Shown here one piece after another: positions 10,275 through 20,561 of a DNA stretch of 64,000 bases. The notes below the pieces were generated by a model that did not search any database, was not told the DNA's origin, and worked only from the letters and a program-made list of their open reading frames with translations. Origin of the DNA: a virus; the IMG/VR virus record IMGVR_UViG_3300010430_000017, positions 18,545 to 82,544 of that record, one strand, 5' to 3'. The translations under genes were made by a program, and so were the position numbers. Positions within the stretch are counted from its first letter, which is position 1; every line of letters begins with the position of its first letter.

Positions 10275-11120
10275 ATGAACTACGAAGAAAATAAGATTTA
10301 TTTTGCTAAGTGCAAGAAAGATACAGTATCTAAGCATAGCAAGGGGCAGATTATTCCATGTATTAAAAAAGTTTTTCAAGGGACTGGCGATATAGTCTGG
10401 CACACGGACGGCCCTGGTTACGATAGTTTAGGGTTTTCTTGGTCTGATTTTATGTTTAAAGATGAATTTGAAGAACCTTTTGAACTTAAACCAGGGATGA
10501 AAGTTAAACTTAAGTCTTATGATGATTGCAAGGGCAAAGAGAAACTCGGGTTCGGTTGGCGAGGAGATTTTTTTGGTTTTGGTACTACGATGTTGGTTAA
10601 TCTTTGTGATGAAGTCAACGGTACCTTCAGAGGAGAAAATGGGTTCTTCTACTCAAATGAATGGATTGAAGAAGTTGTGGAGCTTTCTGAAGAAAACACC
10701 AAGAGTCTTGCTGATGTTCTTCAGGAAGAATTCTTATGGCACCCAGAACAAGGTATGATTGAAAAACCTTCTTGGTCATTCACCAGTGATAAAATCAATT
10801 GGGAGTTGGTTTGTATGGATCTAATGGAAGAGGATACACCTCTTGCTTTTATTACTAATAATGATAAACATTATATTATTGGCATATGGAGTGATGTTTT
10901 TGACTGGCAAGAGATCTTCTCTAAATATATGATCAATGATTTTCTTGATTGTCACAATACACACGATATCTTTGAAGTCTCTGATCCAGAAGAATGCAAG
11001 AAGCTTGTAAAGGAATTTACTAAAAGATATAAACAAGCTCATAAGAACAAGAGAAGAAAGGTATTAAATAGGACCAAGAAACTAAAGACAACTAAAAGCT
11101 TTAATGTATTTACATATTAA
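10275..11120 (+). CDS. hypothetical protein
   Basis: 281-aa ORF with AAGGA RBS. Confidence 0.7.
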   Translation: MNYEENKIYFAKCKKDTVSKHSKGQIIPCIKKVFQGTGDIVWHTDGPGYDSLGFSWSDFMFKDEFEEPFELKPGMKVKLKSYDDCKGKEKLGFGWRGDFFGFGTTMLVNLCDEVNGTFRGENGFFYSNEWIEEVVELSEENTKSLADVLQEEFLWHPEQGMIEKPSWSFTSDKINWELVCMDLMEEDTPLAFITNNDKHYIIGIWSDVFDWQEIFSKYMINDFLDCHNTHDIFEVSDPEECKKLVKEFTKRYKQAHKNKRRKVLNRTKKLKTTKSFNVFTY

Positions 11121-11126
11121 TAAAAC

Positions 11127-11175
11127 AAACCCCTTGTTAATTATTCTTGACAAGGGGTTTTTCTTTTTGTATGAT
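11127..11175 (+). promoter_or_regulatory. terminator hairpin whose 3' side carries a sigma70 -35 box
   Basis: AAACCCCTTGT/ACAAGGGGTTT stem plus T run; TTGACA(11147)-17-TATGAT. Confidence 0.7.
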
Positions 11176-11202
11176 ACTCCAGACTTTAACAAGAAGATTG
11201 AT

Positions 11203-11730
11203 ATGAATATATTCTTTACAGATTCTGATTTAGCAAAGTGCGCCAGGGACCATGATGACAAGAGACTTAATAAAATGATTATAGAAACCGCTCAGATAGC
11301 TTCTACAGCTTTGTGGATTAACAATTGTGACTTGGCTGAGACTCTGTACTCACAACACAAAATCTACCTCCCGAGCCATGAAAATCATCCAATAACTAAG
11401 TGGTGCTCTTCTCATGTAGAGAATTTCTTTCATACAATCTCATTTCTTGTGGAATTATTGTTTGAATATACTCTTAGATTTAGTAAGACTCATGGTACAT
11501 ACAGGATATTTGATTCATTGTGTGATGATAATGTACTTTGGAGTATTAACACTACAGGTAACTCCTCTCGGCAACCTAACTGCACAACACACCACAAACA
11601 CATCAAAGATATCCATGAAGCTTACAGACAAGAGCTTGTACTAAAATGGAGTAAACTTGATAAACATACCCCGAAATGGACTAATAGAAACGTACCTGAT
11701 TTTTACCAAGAATACTTAAATAGGAGATAA
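11203..11730 (+). CDS. pyrimidine dimer DNA glycosylase (DenV/Pyr_excise-like)
   Basis: MNIF...CA..H.DKR..KMI.E.AQ..ST and H.NHP...W signature; likely start is the ATG at 11203. Confidence 0.85.
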   Translation: MNIFFTDSDLAKCARDHDDKRLNKMIIETAQIASTALWINNCDLAETLYSQHKIYLPSHENHPITKWCSSHVENFFHTISFLVELLFEYTLRFSKTHGTYRIFDSLCDDNVLWSINTTGNSSRQPNCTTHHKHIKDIHEAYRQELVLKWSKLDKHTPKWTNRNVPDFYQEYLNRR

Positions 11731-11942
11731 AATGATAACAATTACATACGCACAATTCTTATTCCCAATAATCTTCTTACTGATCATAATCTTTGTACTA
11801 TTATACACAGGAAATACGCTATTGCAAAATGCTATTTACTGGCAAGAAGAATACTACAAAGAAAAGAATAAAAGTATTGACATACGTATCTGATTGATGT
11901 ATATATTAGTCATTAACTAACTTAAAGCTAAAGGAAATAGTC

Positions 11943-12203
11943 ATGAAACTCATAACACACGAAAAGATAGTCGAACTCGACAATGAAGAATACAACCTTG
12001 TATTTTATCTTGATGATCTTGAAGAAAATCCCAGAATCTATAAAGTAGAAGTAGAGCACGAAGATGCAATCTTTGTACAGATATTTGCTGAAGAATATGC
12101 AGAGAAATACGAGCAGGATATCATTGATGAGTACTTCAGTAGTCTTAAGGACTACAATGATGATATGTTGTATGATATTTATATTGACAGAAATTATTTG
12201 TAA
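11943..12203 (+). CDS. highly acidic small protein
   Basis: 25 D/E versus 7 K/R in 86 aa; own promoter TTGACA(11878)-17-TATATT. Confidence 0.7.
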   Translation: MKLITHEKIVELDNEEYNLVFYLDDLEENPRIYKVEVEHEDAIFVQIFAEEYAEKYEQDIIDEYFSSLKDYNDDMLYDIYIDRNYL

Positions 12204-12212
12204 GGAGGTAGT

Positions 12213-12485
12213 ATGAGATTGATAGCAGAACTTTCAATGCCAAGTAATAGTGCTTGGAATGGTAGATGGTCAGGGGAAGATACTAAATATACAAAAGTAT
12301 TCACCAACTCAAATGCTAAAAAGTGGCGGGAATACATCGGAAGTTATCGGTATGATTTTGGGGATGGGTGGTGTGCGAGGGTGGTGATAAGGGAAGCTGA
12401 ACATAGAGAGAAAGTTACGAATAAGTTTTGTGGGTATGAGTGGATGATTAGTTCAATTAAAGTATACAAAAAGATTAAATGTTAA
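12213..12485 (+). CDS. hypothetical protein
   Basis: LSMP...WNGRWSGE..Y.FGDGW.A..F.GY.WM pattern; GGAGG RBS. Confidence 0.7.
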   Translation: MRLIAELSMPSNSAWNGRWSGEDTKYTKVFTNSNAKKWREYIGSYRYDFGDGWCARVVIREAEHREKVTNKFCGYEWMISSIKVYKKIKC

Positions 12486-12513
12486 AATTAAAAGATTCCA
12501 AGTAGGAGGTAGT

Positions 12514-12792
12514 ATGAAACTTGAAAATGTATTTAAAAAGAATGGAGAATTCATTAGGTCGGATTTTGATCCTTACAGAGACAGAGATAGTGATGATAAA
12601 TTCAAAAAGATATGTTGGGATTTTTTATTTGACGAAGATGGTTGTTTGAATTATAATATACACCTCTCGGAGTTTATAAACAAGAACAAAAAGTACATTT
12701 CCCCTTACTCTGATATTATTGCATTATATCATGCGGATATCCACGGAAGTAGTACAAAAGGTGCTTACCCAGCAATCTATTATTGGAGGTAG
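12514..12792 (+). CDS. hypothetical protein
   Basis: ORF with GGAGG RBS. Confidence 0.6.
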   Translation: MKLENVFKKNGEFIRSDFDPYRDRDSDDKFKKICWDFLFDEDGCLNYNIHLSEFINKNKKYISPYSDIIALYHADIHGSSTKGAYPAIYYWR

Positions 12793-12793
12793 T

Positions 12794-13012
12794 ATGAGAT
12801 CATTAGAACAAAGACTAAACGATAAAGGCTATAAAACATCCCCGGAGAAAGAGAAAGAAATTATCATGGATAATGAACTTCTTTTGAGGAGCAATACAAA
12901 AGACAAAGCAGAGAAAGCTATTAAGAATCTTTGTAAGTTGTATTATGAGGACTTCTGGGATGATAATCAAGAAATCAGACAAATTGTTGAATTATTTGTG
13001 AGGAGTTTATAA
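12794..13012 (+). CDS. hypothetical protein
   Basis: ATG follows GGAGGTAGT, the same RBS context as the two preceding genes. Confidence 0.6.
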   Translation: MRSLEQRLNDKGYKTSPEKEKEIIMDNELLLRSNTKDKAEKAIKNLCKLYYEDFWDDNQEIRQIVELFVRSL

Positions 13013-13398
13013 TGGAAATCTTTTGGCCTTTGGTATGCGTAGTCCTGAACTTTATACTCTCGATTTGGCACTTCTTGGACGATAATAAAGATGCAGGTAT
13101 TGGGTGGTTTGTAGCTACATTATGGTGTCTTTGGTACTTTATTTTAAGAGGGAGTATGTAATGAAATGTAAATACTGCAATAAACAAGTAGATGTACTAT
13201 CTGTATATGTCAATTATTGCTCAGGAGAATGCAGGAAGAAAGATCTTAATTATATGGAATTTAATAAGGACTTTAGGGATTTAATCTTCCATTGTAATAC
13301 AGAATACGGCCTTCACAAGGTTCTGGTGAGCAATAAACAAAGACTCTGGACGGAGTTCTCTCAGAATCAATACAATAATAAATATAAAGGAGAATAAA

Positions 13399-13764
13399 AT
13401 GAAAAATCAATTTATTTACTGGGTAGCAATTTTGTGTGTGATTTGTGGGGTAGGAACAAGTTTCAGTATAGATAGAATTGTTGGCTATACTAAAACAATT
13501 GAGGAGTTATCACAGAGAATCGATAAGCTCGAAGAAGAAAACAAACAATATAAAAATCAACAACAAAGATTAACTAAATTAGAAGAATATAACGGCGAAT
13601 TTTATACAAAGATTGAACAGAGAATATCAGCAAATGAGAGAAAAGCGGAGTCCATTCTTAAGTCCTCGAAGACTATGGTTGATATCCTTCAAAGGATTTC
13701 AGATGACCATACAATACTGAGAAGTAATAATGAATTGATTTTTAAATACTTTGATATAAAATAA
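13399..13764 (+). CDS. membrane-anchored coiled-coil protein
   Basis: N-terminal hydrophobic helix followed by heptad-rich sequence. Confidence 0.65.
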   Translation: MKNQFIYWVAILCVICGVGTSFSIDRIVGYTKTIEELSQRIDKLEEENKQYKNQQQRLTKLEEYNGEFYTKIEQRISANERKAESILKSSKTMVDILQRISDDHTILRSNNELIFKYFDIK

Positions 13765-13825
13765 CTGTTGACTTGTTCAATATAAGATGATATATCTTTT
13801 ACAGAATTAATAAAAGGAGATTGAA

Positions 13826-14095
13826 ATGACTGACATTAAAAAGACATACAACAAGATTCAGGAAGTATCCAAGAATGGTAAGATGTTCGGTGTTACCTTT
13901 ACTAAGAAAGATGGTAGCAAACGCAAGATGAATTGTAGGCTTGGTGTAAAGAAACATCTTCGGGGTGGTAAATCCACTACAGCACATATTCCTGAGCTTC
14001 TTACTGTATATAGTCTGGATGCAGAAGGATACAGGAATGTTAGGCTTGATACTGTGCATGAAGTTCGTGGTAATGGTAAAATTTGGAGGTTTTAA
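13826..14095 (+). CDS. SH3/WYL-like beta-barrel protein (DUF2693-like)
   Basis: FGVTFTKKDGSKRKM...VYSLDAEGYRNV pattern. Confidence 0.7.
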   Translation: MTDIKKTYNKIQEVSKNGKMFGVTFTKKDGSKRKMNCRLGVKKHLRGGKSTTAHIPELLTVYSLDAEGYRNVRLDTVHEVRGNGKIWRF

Positions 14096-14289
14096 GATGA
14101 AAATACTAACATCTAAATACAACACAGATATCAATATCTGTAGGATAAGAGGTTTCTGTCTGAACAAGATACAAATAGAAATCTACAAGTACAAAAGAGG
14201 ACATTATACGGAGTTTATTAAGAAGATTTGTAGTAATCAGGATGAACTTCAAGAGTTTTTGGATAATGAATTTTATATAGGAGATAATA

Positions 14290-14547
14290 ATGAATAACGA
14301 AGAATTTAAAGAAATTATGCGTAGAGAAACAACTGTTTTGTGGGATGGAGATAATGCACTCCAGGGGCTTAATATTATCTCCAAGTATCTTCCAGGTAAA
14401 AAACTATTGCAAGGGGCTGCACACGATATTATTTACTCTGTTGATGTTAACGATTTAATTTCTGCTGGTATAACAACAAAAGATGTCGAGGAATTACAAC
14501 GGCTGAATTGGATGGTTGAAGATGATTACCTTGCTTGTTTTGTATAG
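14290..14547 (+). CDS. hypothetical protein
   Basis: ORF with AGGAG RBS; AAHDIIY motif. Confidence 0.6.
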   Translation: MNNEEFKEIMRRETTVLWDGDNALQGLNIISKYLPGKKLLQGAAHDIIYSVDVNDLISAGITTKDVEELQRLNWMVEDDYLACFV

Positions 14548-14687
14548 TAAGAGATTCAAGCTGCATGAGACAAATACTGAGATTCATAGTAAGTAATTGT
14601 TGACAAAGGAAAATATTAGTGGTAATCTAAGAATGCTTTCAAGTGAATACTTGTTAGCATTCTTTTTTATTTTAATCAAGGAGAAAT

Positions 14688-15242
14688 ATGAAGCAGAACA
14701 TGTACAAAGAATTGACGTATGAGAAGGTGCGAGAATTGTTTGATTATGATCCTGAAACTGGAATTCTTCTGTGGAAGAAACCTAAGTATGGTAGGAGGAA
14801 GAACGGAGTTGCTGGAGGGTTAGATAATAAAGGGTATACACAGGTTACGTATAATAAGAAGAAATACCTTGTCCATAGATTAGCTTTTTTATGGATGAAA
14901 GGTTATAATCCTGAAAATAACATAGATCATATTGACAGAAACCCTTCTAATAATAAATGGAATAATTTAAGAGAAGTTTCTCATCAATGTAACATGCAAA
15001 ACAAAACCTGTGCCTATACTAATAAGTCGGGTGTTTGCGGAGTACAAAAGAGTGGTAAGTATGGGTGGGCCGCTTTTATCCGTGAAAATGGTAAATTAAT
15101 TTATATTGGGTACAGCGCTAACTTAGATAAAGCAGTTATGCTTAGATGGAAAGCTGAAGTAGCATATAATTATAATGGCTGTAATGAATTCTCAGAAGCT
15201 TATTTGTATCTTAAAGAAAGAAAATTATTACCGAAACAGTAG
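14688..15242 (+). CDS. HNH homing endonuclease (HNH_3 plus AP2-like)
   Basis: YDPETG..W, HRLA, IDHIDRNPSNNKWNNLR, N.SG..GV. Confidence 0.9.
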   Translation: MKQNMYKELTYEKVRELFDYDPETGILLWKKPKYGRRKNGVAGGLDNKGYTQVTYNKKKYLVHRLAFLWMKGYNPENNIDHIDRNPSNNKWNNLREVSHQCNMQNKTCAYTNKSGVCGVQKSGKYGWAAFIRENGKLIYIGYSANLDKAVMLRWKAEVAYNYNGCNEFSEAYLYLKERKLLPKQ

Positions 15243-15482
15243 GGTTTTTGTAAAGGCTACTTTTCTATTACTCTCTACAAATTCTTTTACTTTTAATGAG
15301 ATGGTAGTTTTTAGTAGCCTATTACTCACTCCTTATTTTTCTGAAGGGTATCCATTATTAATCAATTTATTTTCTTAGAGACAGGGTGTAAAAAGAGGTC
15401 TTATTTTCTGTAGAGATCTCAGGGTTTTTGTAATTTCTTATTTTTCTGGAGCATAGGGTGTAAACAGGTCCTACTTTTTCTG
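15241..15482. repeat. imperfect ~28-bp direct repeats in a non-coding block
   Basis: AGGGT....AA....CT(T/A)....TTTCT units at about 15241, 15383, 15421 and 15455. Confidence 0.6.
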
Positions 15483-15601
15483 TGAAGCCATAAAAATCTC
15501 ACACAATAGATCTTTTAATAAGTATTCATTTATTTATAATTAATTGAACACTTATTAATTTATTTATAAAAGTACCCACTAATTTAAAATAATATCGTTA
15601 C

Positions 15602-15676
15602 TGGTACAATTCTTGCAAATCCCTAAAATAATCATAAAAACTTTCCTGAAACAATGTTCATGGTACAATTCTTGCA
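15602..15676 (+). promoter_or_regulatory. two identical sigma54-type -24/-12 sites
   Basis: TGGTACAATTCTTGCA at 15602 and 15661 (GG-N10-GC). Confidence 0.6.
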
Positions 15677-16197
15677 ATTCCCATAAACTAAACAATGTTT
15701 CACCTCCAGGTATCATTTCTCGCCTTATATCTTCAATTCTAACAGCGTTTCAGTCACCCCCTGGTATCATCATATCAACTCCATCAAAACGTGTCTTAAA
15801 TTACTTGTTTTAATAGCAGAATTAAAAATCATGTTAGATAGTCTGTCACATCCTCTTAGTAATATCCAATTGTTTAACCTGATATATATTCAGTCAATCT
15901 CTTGGAATAATCCTACCTTATTATAATAGCTATAATTCTCTGTATAAAATCCCCAATGATTATAATGATTTAAAATAGTATGAAGAAATATTAAAAATTC
16001 CCTTGACGTATAGTCCCTGGCTATGTATAAATAATCATCGTTAACAAAAAAGGAAAGATCATGGAAAGAAGAAAAACAAACAGGCAACACAAAAGAACAA
16101 AATGCAAAAACCGTATAGTCCATGCTTGTGTTAATATGCTGAAACAACGAATGATTAATGATGTTAAATATAAAACCATTAAATAAAAAGGCATAGA

Positions 16198-16614
16198 ATG
16201 AAAGTATATCAACAAATAGCAAGTAAAATCCAGGCTATCGCTAATTGTGAAAAATCAAATAATGTTGAATGGTTTAACAGACACACAGGCGATCTATCAA
16301 GACTTGAGAAAGAATATTTCCCCCATGGTTCAGGCTTTGACAGTATAGTAGGGACAATTATAGAAAAATCAAGCCGGGATAAACTATATATCTTCTTCAA
16401 CTGGCATTGCATGAATGATGGTGGTTATTATGATGGATGGCTTAATCTTGATTTAATTGTAACCCCAGCTTTTCACGGATTTGATCTGAAAATTAAATGG
16501 TACACTAAATCAAATGATAATGATAAGAATAAGGTTCAGAAATATAAACCTTTGATTGAAGAATTCCTGTATGATGAATGGCAGCATACATTAAGTCAAG
16601 AAATTATGGATTAA
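16198..16614 (+). CDS. hypothetical protein
   Basis: PHGSGFD...H.MN..GYYDGW..VTPAF; downstream of promoter TTGACG(16003). Confidence 0.7.
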   Translation: MKVYQQIASKIQAIANCEKSNNVEWFNRHTGDLSRLEKEYFPHGSGFDSIVGTIIEKSSRDKLYIFFNWHCMNDGGYYDGWLNLDLIVTPAFHGFDLKIKWYTKSNDNDKNKVQKYKPLIEEFLYDEWQHTLSQEIMD

Positions 16615-16681
16615 GTGTTGACATAACGTAAACACAATATTATAAAAGACCATCGTTAACAATATAACAAAGGAAAATAAA

Positions 16682-17287
16682 ATGAGAACAGAAACAACTA
16701 ACATCTATAAGTTTGAAGAATTGTCAAAAGACTCACAGAACAAAGCTATTAATGGTTTTCGGAATAGTGAACACTACCTTTCATATGACTGGTGGGAATA
16801 CACAATTGATTATTGGAAGGCAAGCCTTAACCTTCTGGGGTTCAAAAATACTGAGGTCCGTTTTTCTGGTTTTTGGTCGCAAGGGGATGGCGCAAGTTTT
16901 ACTTGTGATTATATAAACAAAGAAGAAATAATTAACACAATTATTATGTCCGATTTGTGCAGCGTATCAACGGCTGAAAATTATCTGAAGAAATTTAACA
17001 ATGCTGAATCATTTTTGTTTGAATTTCATTTTTGTATAGAGAAAAGCAGTTCAAGATATGTACATGAAAATACTTGCTTTGTGAACTATGAAAATGGCGG
17101 CTCAGAATATTGGTCAAACATAGCGGACGAACTAACTATTTCTATAGAGTCTCTGCGCCTTATACTTTGTGATAAAATCTATAAAGATTTAAAAAATGAG
17201 TATGAATATTTAATGTCAAGGGCTGCTATTATAGAACATATCGGGGCCAATGATTATGAGTTTACCAGTGACGGGGAGCTTCATTAA
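16682..17287 (+). CDS. conserved phage early protein (FSGFWSQGDGASF family)
   Basis: Y.F.EL...Q.KA, FSGFWSQGDGASF, EYEY....AN.YEF..DG; own promoter at 16618. Confidence 0.75.
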   Translation: MRTETTNIYKFEELSKDSQNKAINGFRNSEHYLSYDWWEYTIDYWKASLNLLGFKNTEVRFSGFWSQGDGASFTCDYINKEEIINTIIMSDLCSVSTAENYLKKFNNAESFLFEFHFCIEKSSSRYVHENTCFVNYENGGSEYWSNIADELTISIESLRLILCDKIYKDLKNEYEYLMSRAAIIEHIGANDYEFTSDGELH

Positions 17288-17861
17288 TACTTGACATTGG
17301 CTACCAAACACGATAAAGAACAAGGAAACAATAATTAATATAAAGGAGATAAAGATGGCGACATACATTAACATAAAAGAAAATGGACAGACAGAAACAC
17401 TTGATGAATTCGAAACATACAGTGAAGCAAAGAAAATGCTTGTTGAGTATAAAATAGCGTCATCTTATTACTCCGGGGCTTATCTGTCGTCAAGATCAAC
17501 TAAAGAGTGGAAGGAAAACTAATGCAAAACCTTACATACAAAAATATATCAAGATTAGCTGAAGATTGTGAAAAGAAAGCACTTGCTAAGAAGAAAGCAA
17601 AGCTCGAGAAGAACAAAAGACAATTTGAGAAACTTTATCGGTTGTTTAATAAAGGAGGTAAATAATGCAAGGAATTAATAAAAAAGGTCTGGATATAATA
17701 TGCAACAAATCAATACAACTTTATAAACTCCAATTATCAACAAAACTTAAAGCTCAACGCCGGGTATTAGTCACACAGTTGATTAGCACAGGTAATGAAA
17801 AATATACTGTAGCTATTGAAACCCTGGACGCTGAATTGAATGAAATTATGGAGGTTGAGGT

Positions 17862-18278
17862 ATGAAAGTAAATGAATACGGAAAACAATTCTTTCTTTAT
17901 GCTAAAGGTTGGTATTATAAATCGGAGAATATCTGGGATGATCTTTTGAAACTTTACGCAATGCATCATTTTGTTGCTGAAGACTGTCATTATAAACCAG
18001 AAATTTTCCACAAGGTTACTAAATGTGCACTTGAATGCGTTATGAATAATTCCAGGGATAGAAGTATTAGTCTTATTCAAAAACTATTAGAAGAATTATC
18101 CCCTAATCATTGGTTAAGGGGGTTTAATAATGAAGATTATGTATATAAATATGAAGAGGAAGTATTAAACCTTTGTTTTAGTATCATGAGTATTGAAACT
18201 ATAGAGAATCTTAACCCTGAAAAAGATTGTGATTTTAATGTCTTGCCTAAAAGGAAAAATAAAACACAGGATTTTTAA
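17862..18278 (+). CDS. hypothetical protein
   Basis: ORF with GAGGT RBS. Confidence 0.6.
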   Translation: MKVNEYGKQFFLYAKGWYYKSENIWDDLLKLYAMHHFVAEDCHYKPEIFHKVTKCALECVMNNSRDRSISLIQKLLEELSPNHWLRGFNNEDYVYKYEEEVLNLCFSIMSIETIENLNPEKDCDFNVLPKRKNKTQDF

Positions 18279-18357
18279 AATAACCATTGACAAGCTGATA
18301 ATGGTTTAGTATATCTTACCCATCAACGAAGTTAACTGAATAGCAAAGAGGCACAAA

Positions 18358-19668
18358 ATGAAATACGAAGAATTAAACGAGAAAGTAGTCACAATGGTAG
18401 GTTCAGGAAGTTTTTGTGATGGGCTAACTATCTTGAGAGAAAAAAACAGACTTTACGCTGCCCCGGCGGTATCTAATCCCAAAAAGATAGGGTATTTTAC
18501 AGAGCAGAAAATTGATAAATGCAATGATTCAGGCTATTTTTTTCTACCTTACACAGAACTAATCCGTGAAAAATTCGGTATCATGACTAAGCCCGGTAAA
18601 TTCTTTAAACATTGTCTGCCTGATTCAACTGATAAAGATATTCAAAAAATGGTGGCTGAATATTACACAATGATAAATGAATTTACTGATATCTCTAAGT
18701 CTGATTTCCATTTATCAAATGATATTAAAAAGTATTACCATTCTAATATTTATGAAGGTTACGGCGGCAGTTTAGGGAATAGCTGCATGAAACATACAGA
18801 ATGTCAAGATTATCTTACATTCTATGAAAATTATAATGTCAAAATCTTAGTATTAAAATCAGGTGATAAGATAAAAGGACGGGCCTTGATATGGGAAAAT
18901 GTAAATTTCCCTGGATTGTGTAAAACTTTGGATTTTATGGATAGGATTTATGTCAATAACGATAACGATATTGAATTATTTAAATCCTATGCTGACAAAC
19001 ACAATATAGTTCATAAATATAAACAAAGCTATAATGACAAAGAAACATTTGTTTACCAACAACAACAATTTGAAGATCATATTATAATTGAACAAACAAA
19101 TAGTCTTGATATTGATTCATGGCCCTATGTTGATACCATGGCAAATATGGATGATAATGGCAATCTCTGTAATATTTCTACGTCCGAATATTATATCAAT
19201 TTAGAAGAAACAGACGGGAGTAACTCAGAGACTATAGGAAGGGCAATTTGTGAAGATTGCGGTAATAGATTTGACTCAGAAAATGAAGGAATTTATGTAG
19301 AAAACCATGGCCATGTTTGTGATAATTGCCAAGAGGAATATAGTTATTGTGAAGATTGCGACACCTATTCGCACTATGATAATGGTTCGTATGTTGAGGA
19401 TGAACAACGGTTTATTTGTGATAGTTGTTTGAGTGAAGATTATTATTGTTGTGAAGCATGTAACAACTATCACAAATATGATAAAGACTTTGAACATGAT
19501 TATAGTCATTACTGCCGGGAGTGTTTTGATGAGTTATCTGAGCAATGCGAAGATTGTAATTGTATAGTTGATAAAGACGATATCAAGTGTTATGATGATA
19601 ACGAATACTTGTGTAGTGATTGTTATAATGATAGAGTTGACGCTGAAGAAACTGAAGAGGTGGCATAA
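18358..19668 (+). CDS. protein with SCM..RALIW..DRIY core and C-terminal tandem CxxC repeats
   Basis: GSLGNSCM, GRALIW, MDRIY, WPYVDT, then eight CxxC motifs in an acidic tail; promoter at 18287. Confidence 0.8.
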   Translation: MKYEELNEKVVTMVGSGSFCDGLTILREKNRLYAAPAVSNPKKIGYFTEQKIDKCNDSGYFFLPYTELIREKFGIMTKPGKFFKHCLPDSTDKDIQKMVAEYYTMINEFTDISKSDFHLSNDIKKYYHSNIYEGYGGSLGNSCMKHTECQDYLTFYENYNVKILVLKSGDKIKGRALIWENVNFPGLCKTLDFMDRIYVNNDNDIELFKSYADKHNIVHKYKQSYNDKETFVYQQQQFEDHIIIEQTNSLDIDSWPYVDTMANMDDNGNLCNISTSEYYINLEETDGSNSETIGRAICEDCGNRFDSENEGIYVENHGHVCDNCQEEYSYCEDCDTYSHYDNGSYVEDEQRFICDSCLSEDYYCCEACNNYHKYDKDFEHDYSHYCRECFDELSEQCEDCNCIVDKDDIKCYDDNEYLCSDCYNDRVDAEETEEVA

Positions 19669-20561
19669 TGAAGATTCTCAAAGAAATGTACATGATTAAC
19701 AGCGCTTCAGGTAATGAAAATGAACTCCAAATCTATATCAGAAAACAACTGGATAGTATTGGTATTGAATATTATATTGACAAATACAATCAAACATACA
19801 ATTTGAATCACAAGCACAAGCCATTAGTTTCTGCCCATGCTGATCAGGTGGGAACAAAACCCCTAAGATGGATTAAAGAATCAAACGATAAAATATACAG
19901 TCATGATAACCTTGGCGCTGATGATAAAAATGGTGTATTTATTGTCCTTGAGTTGTTAAAGAAGTATCCCAATTTGAATTTCATTCTATCGAATCAAGAG
20001 GAAGTCGGTGGACTATGTGATAAATTATTGGAGCAAAACAAGGATAAATTAAAATCAATACCTTACGGGCTTATATTTGACAGAAAAGGTAACGGTGATA
20101 TCATTGGAACAGGTAATCAATATTGCTGTGAAGAATTCGAGCAGGATTTGGAGGCAGTAGGTGAAGATTTTGGTTATAAAGCAAATATCGGTGTTTGGAG
20201 TGATGCGGATACTATATCGGATTATATCAGTTGTGTGAACCTTAGTTGTGGATATTATAACGCTCATACAGCTAACGAGTACACAATAAAATCCGAAGTC
20301 ATTAATTGCTTTGATTTTAGTTGTGAGATAATCAATAAGATTACTAAACGATACCCAGCGCCGGATAAAACTTTCGATTATTACATGGATGAATGGACAG
20401 CGCAGGAAATGGATAGTTTTAATCATGGTTGCTGCCCATGTTGCGGAGTTGATTTTGAATATAATCTATCGCATGATTGTTATTGTGATAATTGCGGCCT
20501 TGACCTAATTGACTTTGAAAATGAAATATACTTTGAATCCGAAGATTATTTATACGATTAA
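19668..20561 (+). CDS. M20/M28-family zinc peptidase-like protein with C-terminal Zn ribbon
   Basis: SAHAD, LGADDKNG, QEEVG, DRKG, YYNAHT metal ligands; CPCC..CDNC tail. Confidence 0.85.
   Translation: MKILKEMYMINSASGNENELQIYIRKQLDSIGIEYYIDKYNQTYNLNHKHKPLVSAHADQVGTKPLRWIKESNDKIYSHDNLGADDKNGVFIVLELLKKYPNLNFILSNQEEVGGLCDKLLEQNKDKLKSIPYGLIFDRKGNGDIIGTGNQYCCEEFEQDLEAVGEDFGYKANIGVWSDADTISDYISCVNLSCGYYNAHTANEYTIKSEVINCFDFSCEIINKITKRYPAPDKTFDYYMDEWTAQEMDSFNHGCCPCCGVDFEYNLSHDCYCDNCGLDLIDFENEIYFESEDYLYD

Noticed and set aside
15241-15680. CRISPR array
   Set aside because: Repeats are degenerate and irregularly spaced, with no constant repeat-spacer period and no cas genes.
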